From a virus: 64,000 nucleotides of DNA. Made by a program: the position numbers and the translations under genes. The DNA is taken from the IMG/VR virus record IMGVR_UViG_3300006735_000022, positions 1 through 64,000 of that record; one strand, given 5' to 3'. Positions 8,474-18,091 of the stretch are shown here, piece by piece. Each line of letters starts with the position of its first letter. The stretch's first letter is position 1. A model generated the notes under the pieces. It worked only from the letters and a program-made list of their open reading frames with translations, did not search any database and was not told where the DNA came from.

Positions 8474-8906
8474 ACTCCAGAATTGGTTTGAGATGCTAAC
8501 CAAACCTAGTGCGGCGTTTGGTGGGTTTCCTCCATGCCCATTTGCTAAGTCTGCTTTTTTGAGGAAGAAGGTGGAGGTAATAGACTATGATAATTTTTCT
8601 CAGATAACTGGTTTGATGTCACAACCCTGGACTAAGGAGGTTGTGATTTTTGTTATTGATAATCAATCTGCAGACGATGTTACTAAACTTGCGGAGAAGT
8701 GTAACACGATCTACCCAGACTTCTTGTTCCTAGAAGAGCATCCTGACCTCGTAGAAGAGGTGGGAGGACAACACCTGAACAGTGGAATGGTTTTGCTGTT
8801 GGTACAGTTGAGGAAGGAGTTAGAGGATGCTAGGAACGAACTAAAGGGAACTCCATATTATGATAAGTGGACAAATGAACTGAAAGAAAGAATTTTCAAC
8901 CGATAG
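8448..8906 (+). CDS. hypothetical protein with CPFA motif (DUF1415-like)
   Basis: PPCPFAK, EHPD. Confidence 0.55.
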   Translation: MMTGVKETRLQNWFEMLTKPSAAFGGFPPCPFAKSAFLRKKVEVIDYDNFSQITGLMSQPWTKEVVIFVIDNQSADDVTKLAEKCNTIYPDFLFLEEHPDLVEEVGGQHLNSGMVLLLVQLRKELEDARNELKGTPYYDKWTNELKERIFNR

Positions 8907-8941
8907 ATAATGTGGTATACTGTTGGAATTCATTGTTCCTA

Positions 8942-9085
8942 ATGGAAAAACCAACCGACCTGTGGCAAGACATGGCGACCCTCAATACTTTGTATGAGGA
9001 GTTATGTTGGGATCCGGATGAAGTTTTAGAGTTCGTCCCAGACTACGACAACGATTGTATTATTATTCGTAAGAAGAATGCCTGA
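8942..9085 (+). CDS. 47-aa hypothetical protein (not in ORF track)
   Basis: MEKPTDLWQDMATLNTLYEELCWDPDEVLEF; extended -10 TGGTATACT at 8913-8921. Confidence 0.55.
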   Translation: MEKPTDLWQDMATLNTLYEELCWDPDEVLEFVPDYDNDCIIIRKKNA

Positions 9086-9461
9086 ATTGAAAGATTGGTT
9101 GAAGTCAATCAACGAGACCAAGACCAATCTAATTGAAGAAGATCCACTCCTAGAGTCCAAGTATCTTCCCTACATTATCAACCGCTGTTTGTCTGGGCAC
9201 ATCGACTCCTTGATGTACGCCAATGAGATGAATATCTACCACCAACTTGATAATAAGTTACAATACGACTTTTTACTAAATACTCTGAGATCGAAGAAGA
9301 GATTCTCTCCTTGGGTCCGCAAAGATGAGCTAGTGAATCTCCAACTCGTCAAAAAATACTACGGTTATTCTGACGAAAAGGCGAAGCAAGTGCTCCCTCT
9401 TCTTTCCAGTGAAATGCTGGATCATATTACTAAAAAGCTTGACACCGGAGGGTTGCAATGA
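9078..9461 (+). CDS. gp62: clamp loader small subunit
   Basis: YLPYIINRCLS, QYDFLLN, KKYYGYS; position before regA. Confidence 0.9.
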   Translation: MPELKDWLKSINETKTNLIEEDPLLESKYLPYIINRCLSGHIDSLMYANEMNIYHQLDNKLQYDFLLNTLRSKKRFSPWVRKDELVNLQLVKKYYGYSDEKAKQVLPLLSSEMLDHITKKLDTGGLQ

Positions 9462-9892
9462 ATAGTAGTGAACCCATTTATGAATGGTCATCTGCTAAGA
9501 TGATTGAAGTGGTTCTTCAAGAACCAGATGATTTTCTAAAAGTTCGTGAGACTCTAACTCGCATTGGAGTTGCATCTCGTAAAGAAAAGAAACTGTATCA
9601 GTCCTGTCATATTCTTCATAAGCAGGGAAGATATTTTATTGTCCATTTCAAAGAACTGTTTGCTCTGGACGGTAAGAGAGCAAACCTGACTATCAATGAC
9701 GTTCAACGTCGTAATAGAATTGTAAATCTCCTCGTAGATTGGGGATTGGTTTTGATTTCTGATGAGGCACTGCAAAATATTGCTGATGTATCCCCATTGA
9801 ATCAAATCAAAGTCATCTCATTCCGCGAGAAGTCTGAATGGACACTAGAGACGAAGTATAACATTGGTAAGAAGAGGGTCCAGGAGAACTGA
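9458..9892 (+). CDS. regA: translational repressor RegA
   Basis: DDFLKVRETLTRIG, LYQSCHILHKQGRYFIVHFKELF. Confidence 0.97.
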   Translation: MNSSEPIYEWSSAKMIEVVLQEPDDFLKVRETLTRIGVASRKEKKLYQSCHILHKQGRYFIVHFKELFALDGKRANLTINDVQRRNRIVNLLVDWGLVLISDEALQNIADVSPLNQIKVISFREKSEWTLETKYNIGKKRVQEN

Positions 9893-9926
9893 CGGTTCTC
9901 CGAACCTCTAAAATTCCCAGATGTGC

Positions 9927-9960
9927 TATAAATAAGTGTGGATGCCTTCGGGGTCCACAC
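9927..9960 (+). promoter_or_regulatory. late promoter TATAAATA plus leader hairpin
   Basis: TATAAATA at 9927-9934; GTGTGGA...TTCG...TCCACAC at 9936-9960. Confidence 0.75.
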
Positions 9961-9989
9961 AACACAATCTGCCTATTAGGGGATTTACC

Positions 9990-10418
9990 ATGTCTAACAT
10001 CGAGAAATTTCGTGCAGCTGGTCTGCCGGATCTGATTGATCGTATCAACAAAAATTCTATTGGTTGGGACACACACTTCAACCAATTCTGGGAGTCCAAC
10101 ACTGTTGGAAACTTCCCTCCATACAATATCCTTCAACTCAGCAACCACGAGACACGCCTAGAGATCGCACTGGCGGGGTTCAAGAAGGATGAGGTCAAAG
10201 TATACTCCGAGTACGGTAAACTTATCGTAGAAGGGAAGCGTGAGAAAGCATTGGATGGTGAATACATCCATCGTGGAATGGCAAACCGCGACTTTGAGCG
10301 TGCTTGGACCATCGCAGAGGATGTCAACATCGACACAGTGTCCTTTGAAGACGGACTTTTGATCGTGACGTTGAAAAAAATCGTCCCTGATCACCATGCC
10401 CGCAAGGACTACCTCTAA
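9990..10418 (+). CDS. hsp20: small heat-shock protein
   Basis: FPPYNI, EIALAGF, YIHRG, FEDGLL. Confidence 0.93.
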   Translation: MSNIEKFRAAGLPDLIDRINKNSIGWDTHFNQFWESNTVGNFPPYNILQLSNHETRLEIALAGFKKDEVKVYSEYGKLIVEGKREKALDGEYIHRGMANRDFERAWTIAEDVNIDTVSFEDGLLIVTLKKIVPDHHARKDYL

Positions 10419-10443
10419 ATAATACGATGACAGTCGTAAATTA

Positions 10444-11184
10444 GTGTACAACAGGGTCCTTCATCATATAAAAGCGTCAGATTTGCGGGAAACCGCAGGT
10501 CTGACTTTGCGTTTTCGGGAAGATTTGAACCCTAAGTTCTGGTTTGGGACTAAACTCAAACCAGAAGTGCGTAAAGCACTGATGAATTTTGCGAAAGCGT
10601 TCGCAGATTTCGTTGAACTGGATGATTCTGCTGTCACTGACGTGCTTATGTTGGGCGGCAACGCCGGATACAACTACACACAGTTCAGTGACATCGATGT
10701 ACACCTGGTAATTGACCCTGCACTTGTCCCAAAATGCGATCCGGAACTAATTTCGGACTATTTTATGGACAAGAAGACGCTTTGGGAACTCACACATGAT
10801 GTAAAGGTCTATGGTGCACCCGTAGAACCATACATTGAACGTCCTGGGGTCACTAGAAAGAAGAGTCAGGGTGTCTATAGTGTCCTGAAGAACAAATGGG
10901 TGCAAGAACCAGAGAAGAATGAGAGTGAGATCGATGAATTTGAACTCACTAAGAAGACAAACAACTTGAAGGCGAAGATTGACACGCTTATTCAGACAGA
11001 AAAACCTGAAGCACTCAAGTCAATCGTCAAAAAACTCCGGGCGGGACGTGCCTCATCCCTTGAGAAGTTCGGAGAGTATGGGTTTGAGAACCTGGTGTTC
11101 AAAGAATTGAGAAATTCTGGGTACATCGACAAGATTCGCAAGTCCATGGTAGAATTGAAGAACCGAAGACTGTCGCTTCCATGA
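10444..11184 (+). CDS. Pol-beta-superfamily nucleotidyltransferase
   Basis: LGGNAGYNYTQFSDIDVHLV (hG[GS]-x-DhD) and later VEPY; CTAAATA at 10415-10421. Confidence 0.75.
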   Translation: MYNRVLHHIKASDLRETAGLTLRFREDLNPKFWFGTKLKPEVRKALMNFAKAFADFVELDDSAVTDVLMLGGNAGYNYTQFSDIDVHLVIDPALVPKCDPELISDYFMDKKTLWELTHDVKVYGAPVEPYIERPGVTRKKSQGVYSVLKNKWVQEPEKNESEIDEFELTKKTNNLKAKIDTLIQTEKPEALKSIVKKLRAGRASSLEKFGEYGFENLVFKELRNSGYIDKIRKSMVELKNRRLSLP

Positions 11185-11447
11185 TCCAGATTTTATTATT
11201 GAAGAACGAAACAGTTCTAATCTCACGAGTCGAGGAAGTTGGTTCTGAGATGGGAGAACCAGACTGTAAACTGATCAAACCCTATAAGATGGTGCTGCAT
11301 GACGACTGCACCGAGAATGTCACGTTCGAGTCTTGGCCTTCTTTCACTGATCAAAACGAACTGATGATCCATTCTGATAGTATTTTGACTATCGTAGAAC
11401 CAAACAAGTTTCAACTGGAAAAGTATCAATCGGTCACCGCTGAATGA
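11181..11447 (+). CDS. conserved hypothetical protein upstream of gp43
   Basis: GEPDCKLIKPY; ATGA overlaps on both sides. Confidence 0.7.
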   Translation: MIQILLLKNETVLISRVEEVGSEMGEPDCKLIKPYKMVLHDDCTENVTFESWPSFTDQNELMIHSDSILTIVEPNKFQLEKYQSVTAE

Positions 11448-13939
11448 GATTTTACACGAATATCCAGATGGTCGGCAACGACTTTCTGGTGCGTGGGTAT
11501 GAAAACGGTCGCCCGATCAAAACCAGAGAGAGTTACCAACCCACATTATTTGTTCCGTCGCGTAAGAAAACCAAATTCAAAACACTGGACGGCAAATATG
11601 TCCAGAGTATCCAACCAGGCACAGTCAAAGATTGCCGTGAGTTCTACAAAACTCATGGTGAAGTAGAGAACTTCGATATCTACGGCAATAATAGGTACGT
11701 CTATCAGTATATCTCTGATAAGTATCCTGAGGATGAGATCAAGTTTGACATCAAAAAGATGAAGGTGGTTACCATCGACATCGAGGTGTCTGCTGAGAAG
11801 GGATTCCCCACGGTAGAGAACTGTGATGAGGAAATGCTCTGCATTACCCTGCAGAACTATGCCACAAAGCGTATTCTTACCTTTGGTGTGGGTCCTTATA
11901 ACAACAATGACCCTATGGTCAAGTACGTGCAGTGCAACGATGAGTATGATTTGTTGCAGCACTTCATCAACTACTGGTCAAGTGACACCCCTGACGTGGT
12001 AACTGGGTGGAACTGTCAGTTATATGACATTCCGTACCTGTGTAAGCGTATCACTCGTGTACTGGGTGAGAAGGCATGCAAGAAGATGTCTCCATGGGGT
12101 CTAGTGACTGCTGAGGAGATGTTCATCATGCACCGTGAGCGTCTGATCTATGACATTGCAGGCGTCACTGTCCTTGATTACCTTGATCTGTACAAGAAAT
12201 TCACCTACAAAGCACAAGAAAGTTATAAACTTGATTACATCGGTGAAGTCGAACTAGGTGAGAAGAAGTTAGATCACTCAGAATACGACAGTTTCAGGGA
12301 GTTTTACACTAAAGACTGGCAGAAATTCGTTTCATACAACATCCAGGACGTTAGACTGGTTGACTCCCTTGAGGAGAAGATGAAACTGATTGAACTCGCT
12401 GTCACTATGGCATATGACGCCAAGGTGAACTTCACAGACGTGTTTTATCAGGTCCGAATGTGGGACATGATCATCTACAACGACCTGAAGAAGAAGGGTA
12501 TCGTCATTCCACCCAAGGCAGACGAGGTAAAGAATGAAAAGTATGCCGGTGCTTACGTAAAAGAACCAAAACCAGGCATTTATGACTGGGTTGTGAGTTT
12601 TGACTTGAACTCACTGTACCCACACCTCATCATGCAGTACAATATCTCACCAGAGACTTTGTTAGACGACAGATATCCCTCTGTAAGCGTCGATAAACTG
12701 CTGGATAAGGAGGTAGATCTATCTGGTCTTGAGGACGTTACTGTGTGCCCTAACGGTGCCATGTTCACCACCAAAACCCGTGGATTCTTGCCCAAATTGA
12801 TGGACAAAATCTACAGTGAGAGGGTGGTCTTCAAGAAAAAGATGCTCCAAGCAAAGAAGGAGTACGAGAAGACGCCTACAAAGGCGTTGGAGAAGGAGAT
12901 TGCCAGGTGTAACAACATCCAAATGGCAAAGAAGATCCAACTCAACTCTGCTTATGGTGCCATTGGCAACAACTACTTCCGGTATTACAAACTAGAGAAC
13001 GCTGAGGCAATCACTATGGGTGGTCAGTTCAGCATTCGCTGGATTGAGAACCGGATGAACCAATATCTAAACAAACTACTCAAAACTGAGGACCACGACT
13101 ATGTTATTGCTTCCGATACTGACAGTATCTATCTGTGTCTTGATCTACTTGTCCGTAGTGTATTTGATGTACACAAAGTTTCTAAAGAGAGGATTGTCGA
13201 ATTCCTCAATGATGCCTGTGAGAAGCGATTTGAACCATACATATCGAAATGCTACGCGGAACTCGCGACGTATGTGAATGCATACGAGCAGAAGATGTTC
13301 ATGAAGCGAGAAACCATCGCTGAGCGTGGCATCTGGACTGCTAAGAAGCGATATATTCTCAACGCATGGGACATTGAGGGTGTGAGGTTTGCTGAACCGA
13401 AACTCAAGATCATGGGTATCGAAGCAGTCAAGTCATCCACCCCTGCACCCTGTCGTCAGATGATCAAAGACGCTCTGAAGATCATCATGAGCAAGACTGA
13501 GGATGATGTTATCAAATACATCGATGACATGCGTCGTGAGTTCAAAAAGATGGACCCTGCTGCTGTTGCATTCCCACGATCCTGCAACAATTTGGACAAA
13601 TATAAGAGTAGTTTGTCCATTTATAGTAAAGGTACACCTATCCATGTACGAGGTTCACTTCTCTACAACCATTACTTGAAGAAGCATAACCTTGACTCTA
13701 AATATAATGCGATCAACAATGGCGACAAGGTAAAATTCTGCTATTTGACTAAACCGAATCCAACCCAAGAGAATGTAATCTCATTTGTCGGTGATTTCCC
13801 CAAAGAATTGGGTCTAGCAGGATATGTTGACTATATGTTGATGTTCGATAAGTCTTTTGTAGAACCGCTTAGGGCGGTTCTGGACGCTATCGGCTGGTCA
13901 GTAGAAAAGACAGCAACTCTGGATCTTTTCTTTGTCTGA
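11444..13939 (+). CDS. gp43: family B DNA polymerase
   Basis: DIE exonuclease motif, SFDLNSLYP, KIQLNSAYG, SDTDS; no intein. Confidence 0.98.
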   Translation: MRFYTNIQMVGNDFLVRGYENGRPIKTRESYQPTLFVPSRKKTKFKTLDGKYVQSIQPGTVKDCREFYKTHGEVENFDIYGNNRYVYQYISDKYPEDEIKFDIKKMKVVTIDIEVSAEKGFPTVENCDEEMLCITLQNYATKRILTFGVGPYNNNDPMVKYVQCNDEYDLLQHFINYWSSDTPDVVTGWNCQLYDIPYLCKRITRVLGEKACKKMSPWGLVTAEEMFIMHRERLIYDIAGVTVLDYLDLYKKFTYKAQESYKLDYIGEVELGEKKLDHSEYDSFREFYTKDWQKFVSYNIQDVRLVDSLEEKMKLIELAVTMAYDAKVNFTDVFYQVRMWDMIIYNDLKKKGIVIPPKADEVKNEKYAGAYVKEPKPGIYDWVVSFDLNSLYPHLIMQYNISPETLLDDRYPSVSVDKLLDKEVDLSGLEDVTVCPNGAMFTTKTRGFLPKLMDKIYSERVVFKKKMLQAKKEYEKTPTKALEKEIARCNNIQMAKKIQLNSAYGAIGNNYFRYYKLENAEAITMGGQFSIRWIENRMNQYLNKLLKTEDHDYVIASDTDSIYLCLDLLVRSVFDVHKVSKERIVEFLNDACEKRFEPYISKCYAELATYVNAYEQKMFMKRETIAERGIWTAKKRYILNAWDIEGVRFAEPKLKIMGIEAVKSSTPAPCRQMIKDALKIIMSKTEDDVIKYIDDMRREFKKMDPAAVAFPRSCNNLDKYKSSLSIYSKGTPIHVRGSLLYNHYLKKHNLDSKYNAINNGDKVKFCYLTKPNPTQENVISFVGDFPKELGLAGYVDYMLMFDKSFVEPLRAVLDAIGWSVEKTATLDLFFV

Positions 13940-13968
13940 TGCTATAATCAAAACACTACTGGGGTACT

Positions 13969-14139
13969 ATGGAACTTCCTATCAACGATCAAGAACTTGA
14001 AACCATCGTAAAGGCACTGAGACTGGGTGGTGACACGGCTCTTTATCAAAAACTCAACAGGGTCAAGGATGTTCGTGATGCTAATCCTGGTGGACCATAC
14101 AAAAGGATCGTTAGAGAGCAGTTTGGTTACGTCATCTGA
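13969..14139 (+). CDS. 56-aa hypothetical protein (not in ORF track)
   Basis: MELPINDQELETIVKALRLGGD; extended -10 TGCTATAAT at 13940-13948. Confidence 0.6.
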   Translation: MELPINDQELETIVKALRLGGDTALYQKLNRVKDVRDANPGGPYKRIVREQFGYVI

Positions 14140-14597
14140 TGTTTTTTGAAAAAGTGAGCCTGGTTACAGGCGGATTTGACCCTATTCATAGTGGTCATCT
14201 ACATTATTTTGGTCGTGCCAAGGACTTCTCTGACTACCTCGTGGTAGGACTGAACGGTGATCCTTGGTTGAAGCGTAAAAAGGGTCAGTATTTCCAGTGT
14301 TGGACTGAACGTGCCGACATTGTGAGGCATCTTGACATGGTTGATGCTGTTATTTCCTGGGATGATGCAGATGATAGTGCTTGTGGTGCTATCGAGAAGT
14401 GTCTGGACATAGCAGAGACTGTTGTCTTCTGCAATGGAGGGGACAGGGGTGCATCTAACACTCCAGAACTAGAGAAGTATAAAGATAACGAACGAGTTGT
14501 CTTTGAGTGGGGTGTTGGTGGACAGAACAAGATGAATAGCAGTTCCTGGATCCTTCATGGATACTTTGAAAGGCAACGAAAACTACTAGGTATTTGA
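14139..14597 (+). CDS. cytidylyltransferase-family protein (RfaE/TagD-like)
   Basis: TGGFDPIHSGH HxGH motif, NGGDR, NSSSWIL. Confidence 0.88.
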   Translation: MFFEKVSLVTGGFDPIHSGHLHYFGRAKDFSDYLVVGLNGDPWLKRKKGQYFQCWTERADIVRHLDMVDAVISWDDADDSACGAIEKCLDIAETVVFCNGGDRGASNTPELEKYKDNERVVFEWGVGGQNKMNSSSWILHGYFERQRKLLGI

Positions 14598-14598
14598 C

Positions 14599-15609
14599 AT
14601 GGATTTTTTCAAGGACATTATCAAGGAAATCGGTGATGATTACACAAAACTTGCATCGGATGTAGATGATACAGAGCGGTATGTTGACACTGGTTCTTAC
14701 ATTTTCAATGCTCTTGTTAGTGGTAGCATTTATGGAGGTATCAGTGGGGACAAGATCACCGCTATTGCAGGAGAGACCTCCACAGGTAAGACCTTCTTCT
14801 CCCTTGCGGTAGTAAAGAATTTTCTTGAGAAGCATCCTGACGGTGGTGTCATGTATTTTGACACTGAGTCTGCTATCAAGAAAGGTATGCTGGTTGAGCG
14901 TGGCATTGACTTGGAAAGGTTTGGTCACGTGCAGGTGGTCACTATCGAACAGTTCCGTAACCGGGCACTGAAGATTGTTGACAAATATCTTGGTTTGGAT
15001 GAAAAGGATCGCAAACCCATGATGTTTGTACTAGACTCTCTGGGAATGCTCTCCACTGAAAAGGAGATCAAGGATGTCCTTGAGGACAAACAGACCCGTG
15101 ACATGACAAAAAGTCAACTAGTCAAGGGTGCATTCAGAATGCTTACACTCAAACTCGGTCAAGCGAATGTTCCACTCATTGTCACCAATCATACATACGA
15201 TGTCATCGGAGCTTACGTACCAACTAAAGAGATGGGAGGAGGTTCGGGACTCAAGTATGCAGCGAGTACAATCATCTATCTCAGCAAAGCAAAGGAGAAG
15301 GATGGAACGGAAATCGTCGGAAACATTATCAAGGCTAAGACAGTCAAGTCACGTTTGAGTCGTGAAAATAAGACTGTTTCTATTCGTTTGTATTACGATG
15401 AGCGTGGTCTTGATCGATATTTCGGTCTTCTTGAACTCGGTGAGAGCACTGGGGTAATCAAGAAAGTCGGAAATCGATATGAGATTGACGGCAAGAAAGT
15501 TTATGGTAAAGAGGTCTACTCTAACCCCGAGAAGTATTTTACTGAGGAGTTGATGGCAAAGATTGATGATGCAGCACAGAGTGAGTTTACTTACGGCGGT
15601 GGTGAATGA
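14599..15609 (+). CDS. uvsX: RecA-like recombinase
   Basis: AGETSTGKT, FDTE, DSLGML, MGGGSGLKYAAS. Confidence 0.95.
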   Translation: MDFFKDIIKEIGDDYTKLASDVDDTERYVDTGSYIFNALVSGSIYGGISGDKITAIAGETSTGKTFFSLAVVKNFLEKHPDGGVMYFDTESAIKKGMLVERGIDLERFGHVQVVTIEQFRNRALKIVDKYLGLDEKDRKPMMFVLDSLGMLSTEKEIKDVLEDKQTRDMTKSQLVKGAFRMLTLKLGQANVPLIVTNHTYDVIGAYVPTKEMGGGSGLKYAASTIIYLSKAKEKDGTEIVGNIIKAKTVKSRLSRENKTVSIRLYYDERGLDRYFGLLELGESTGVIKKVGNRYEIDGKKVYGKEVYSNPEKYFTEELMAKIDDAAQSEFTYGGGE

Positions 15610-16994
15610 GTGAAAGGATCCCACTAACGATCCTCAATAACTTGGTACATGATGAGAGCTATGCTAGGCAGGTTCTCCCGTTTATTGAACCCGATTACTT
15701 TGAAGAAAGGACTGATCGGGTAGTCTTTGAACAAATTGCCACGTTCTTGTCTCAGTATGATGCTCTCCCTAGTCCGGAGATCCTTCATATTGAGATTGAT
15801 AAGAGGACTGACATCACTCAGGATGAACTCACCACTATCACACAGTTGGTTTCTTCCCTTGAAGAGAGTGAGTCAGAGACTCAGTGGTTACTTGACACCA
15901 CTGAGGACTGGTGTAAGCAACGTGCCATTTACTTGGCACTAATCAAGAGTATCCAAGTCGCTGATGGTGGTGATGACAAACTTACTCCCGATGCCATTCC
16001 AGGTATCCTTTCCGATGCTCTTGCGGTCGGGTTTGACCAGAGTGTGGGGCACGATTACCTCGATGATTCCGAGGATCGCTATGCATATTATCACCGGGTC
16101 GAGAATAAAATCCCCTTTGATCTTGAATACTTCAATAAGATTACTTCGGGTGGACTCAGTGATAAAACGCTCAACGTCGCTCTCGCTGGCACTGGCGTCG
16201 GTAAATCTTTGTTTATGTGCCACGTCGCTGCCAGTGTTCTCCTCCAAGGAAAGAACGTTCTATACATCACAATGGAGATGGCTGAAGAGAAGATTGCAGA
16301 AAGAATTGATGCTAACCTTCTCGATGTCAACATCCAGGACATACAGGAACTACCTGAACAAGTCTTCTCAAAGAAGATTGCAAAGATCGCCGCGAAGACT
16401 ACGGGACACCTGATCGTCAAGGAGTATCCTACTGCTTCTGCCCACGTGGGTCACTTCCGTGCCTTACTGCAGGAACTGAAGTTGAAAAAGACGTTCATTC
16501 CTGATATAATATTCGTGGACTATCTCAATATCTGTGCCTCTTCTCGGTATAGGGGTGCAGCAAACGTGAATTCTTATTCTTATGTCAAAGCAATCGCAGA
16601 AGAGCTCAGGGGTCTCGCGGTCGAAGCCTCTGTCCCAGTGGTCTCAGCTACGCAGACTACTCGCTCTGGTTTTTCTAGTTCAGATCCTAATCTTACTGAT
16701 ACTTCTGAATCATTTGGCCTTCCAGCTACCGCTGATCTTATGTTCGCTTTGGTTTCTACCGAAGATATGGAGAACCTTAGCCAGATAATGGTCAAGCAGT
16801 TGAAGAACCGCTACAACGATCTGAACATGAACAAGAGGTTTGTAGTGGGCATTGACCGTGCTAAAATGAGACTGTACGACTGCGAACAAACTGCTCAGGA
16901 TGACCTGATGGAGGACATCGTAGAAGTACAGTACACGTCTAAAGAAGACAACAACAAATCCAAATCCAAATTCGACGATTTCAAATGGGAGTAG
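15606..16994 (+). CDS. gp41: replicative helicase
   Basis: AGTGVGKS, VDYLNI, SESFGLPATAD, KQLKNRY. Confidence 0.96.
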   Translation: MSERIPLTILNNLVHDESYARQVLPFIEPDYFEERTDRVVFEQIATFLSQYDALPSPEILHIEIDKRTDITQDELTTITQLVSSLEESESETQWLLDTTEDWCKQRAIYLALIKSIQVADGGDDKLTPDAIPGILSDALAVGFDQSVGHDYLDDSEDRYAYYHRVENKIPFDLEYFNKITSGGLSDKTLNVALAGTGVGKSLFMCHVAASVLLQGKNVLYITMEMAEEKIAERIDANLLDVNIQDIQELPEQVFSKKIAKIAAKTTGHLIVKEYPTASAHVGHFRALLQELKLKKTFIPDIIFVDYLNICASSRYRGAANVNSYSYVKAIAEELRGLAVEASVPVVSATQTTRSGFSSSDPNLTDTSESFGLPATADLMFALVSTEDMENLSQIMVKQLKNRYNDLNMNKRFVVGIDRAKMRLYDCEQTAQDDLMEDIVEVQYTSKEDNNKSKSKFDDFKWE

Positions 16995-17386
16995 ATTTTA
17001 CAAACTATCAACGTTTTGTCAACGGAGTGACAAGCAAGGAATCTCAGGATTCTGATGCCTTTATCTACCGTTTGCAGGAACTCGGTGGTGAGATTGCAGT
17101 GCAACGCCTTCTTACTGCTGCTGTTGGTATGTCCGCAGAGGCAGGTGAGTTCACTGAAATCGTGAAGAAGATGATCTTCCAAGGCAAACCTGCCAGCGAA
17201 GAGAATTTGTTTCACTTGAAACGAGAACTGGGTGACATCATGTGGTATGTTGCACAAGCATGTATGGCACTGGAAGTTGACATGGATGAGGTGCTAGATA
17301 TGAATATCAAGAAACTGGAAGCACGTTTTCCTGAAGGCACTTTCAGTGAGTTCTACTCAGAGAATCGTAAAGATGGAGACATCTGA
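16985..17386 (+). CDS. mazG: MazG-type pyrophosphohydrolase
   Basis: EAGEFTEIVKK, ELGDIMWY. Confidence 0.92.
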   Translation: MGVDFTNYQRFVNGVTSKESQDSDAFIYRLQELGGEIAVQRLLTAAVGMSAEAGEFTEIVKKMIFQGKPASEENLFHLKRELGDIMWYVAQACMALEVDMDEVLDMNIKKLEARFPEGTFSEFYSENRKDGDI

Positions 17387-18062
17387 CCTTTGCATCACCT
17401 GCATCAAGATTGGAGACAAGTTTGATGCAGAGTATGTAAACAAACTCTACAACATGGTGCGTCGTCAAACCGATGCACCATTTTTTTGCTTCACTGATAA
17501 CCCTAGTGGCATCAAAGAGGGTGTCACTGTGGTAGAAATCGATGTCTCTAAGTATGCTCAGTGGAAAAACTGGTGGGCAGCATGGTGGAAGATCAATATG
17601 TTTGTTCGTCCTGAAATTCAGGGGTTCAAACGTAAGTTGTTCTTCGATCTGGACGTGATTATCCATGGTGATATCACTAAGATTTTGGAAATCAATAGTC
17701 CATTTGCTCTAGTCTACTCCTCTTGGAAAGGACTCCCCTTTCAGGTCAAAAATCCAACCAAATCCTTGTTCAATTCCAGTGTAATTGCCTGGGATGATGC
17801 GAAGCACATTTATGATTACTGGGCACAAGATGCTAGGGGGTTTGTCGCTAAGTATGCTGGCACTGATGACTTCTATCACAACGAAAAGATAAAAAGATAT
17901 CGACTTCCTCCAATCATCTACTCATATAGAGATGGTTGTGCTCCAAAGCAGGAGAGTTCTTTGACGTTCAGACCTAAGATGGCACTTGCTATCCTACATC
18001 AACGTCCTAAAAACCACGAACTAGATCCTAGTGTTCACCCTATTGTAAAATACTGGGCATGA
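17373..18062 (+). CDS. GT-A fold glycosyltransferase
   Basis: CIKIGDKFDAEYVNKL, FCFTD, FFDLDVII (DxD), FNSSV. Confidence 0.7.
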   Translation: METSDLCITCIKIGDKFDAEYVNKLYNMVRRQTDAPFFCFTDNPSGIKEGVTVVEIDVSKYAQWKNWWAAWWKINMFVRPEIQGFKRKLFFDLDVIIHGDITKILEINSPFALVYSSWKGLPFQVKNPTKSLFNSSVIAWDDAKHIYDYWAQDARGFVAKYAGTDDFYHNEKIKRYRLPPIIYSYRDGCAPKQESSLTFRPKMALAILHQRPKNHELDPSVHPIVKYWA

Positions 18063-18063
18063 T

Positions 18064-18070
18064 CTAAATA
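18064..18070 (+). promoter_or_regulatory. late promoter CTAAATA
   Basis: 22 nt upstream of ATG 18092. Confidence 0.6.
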
Positions 18071-18091
18071 ATTTGGACAAGAGGAACTACT

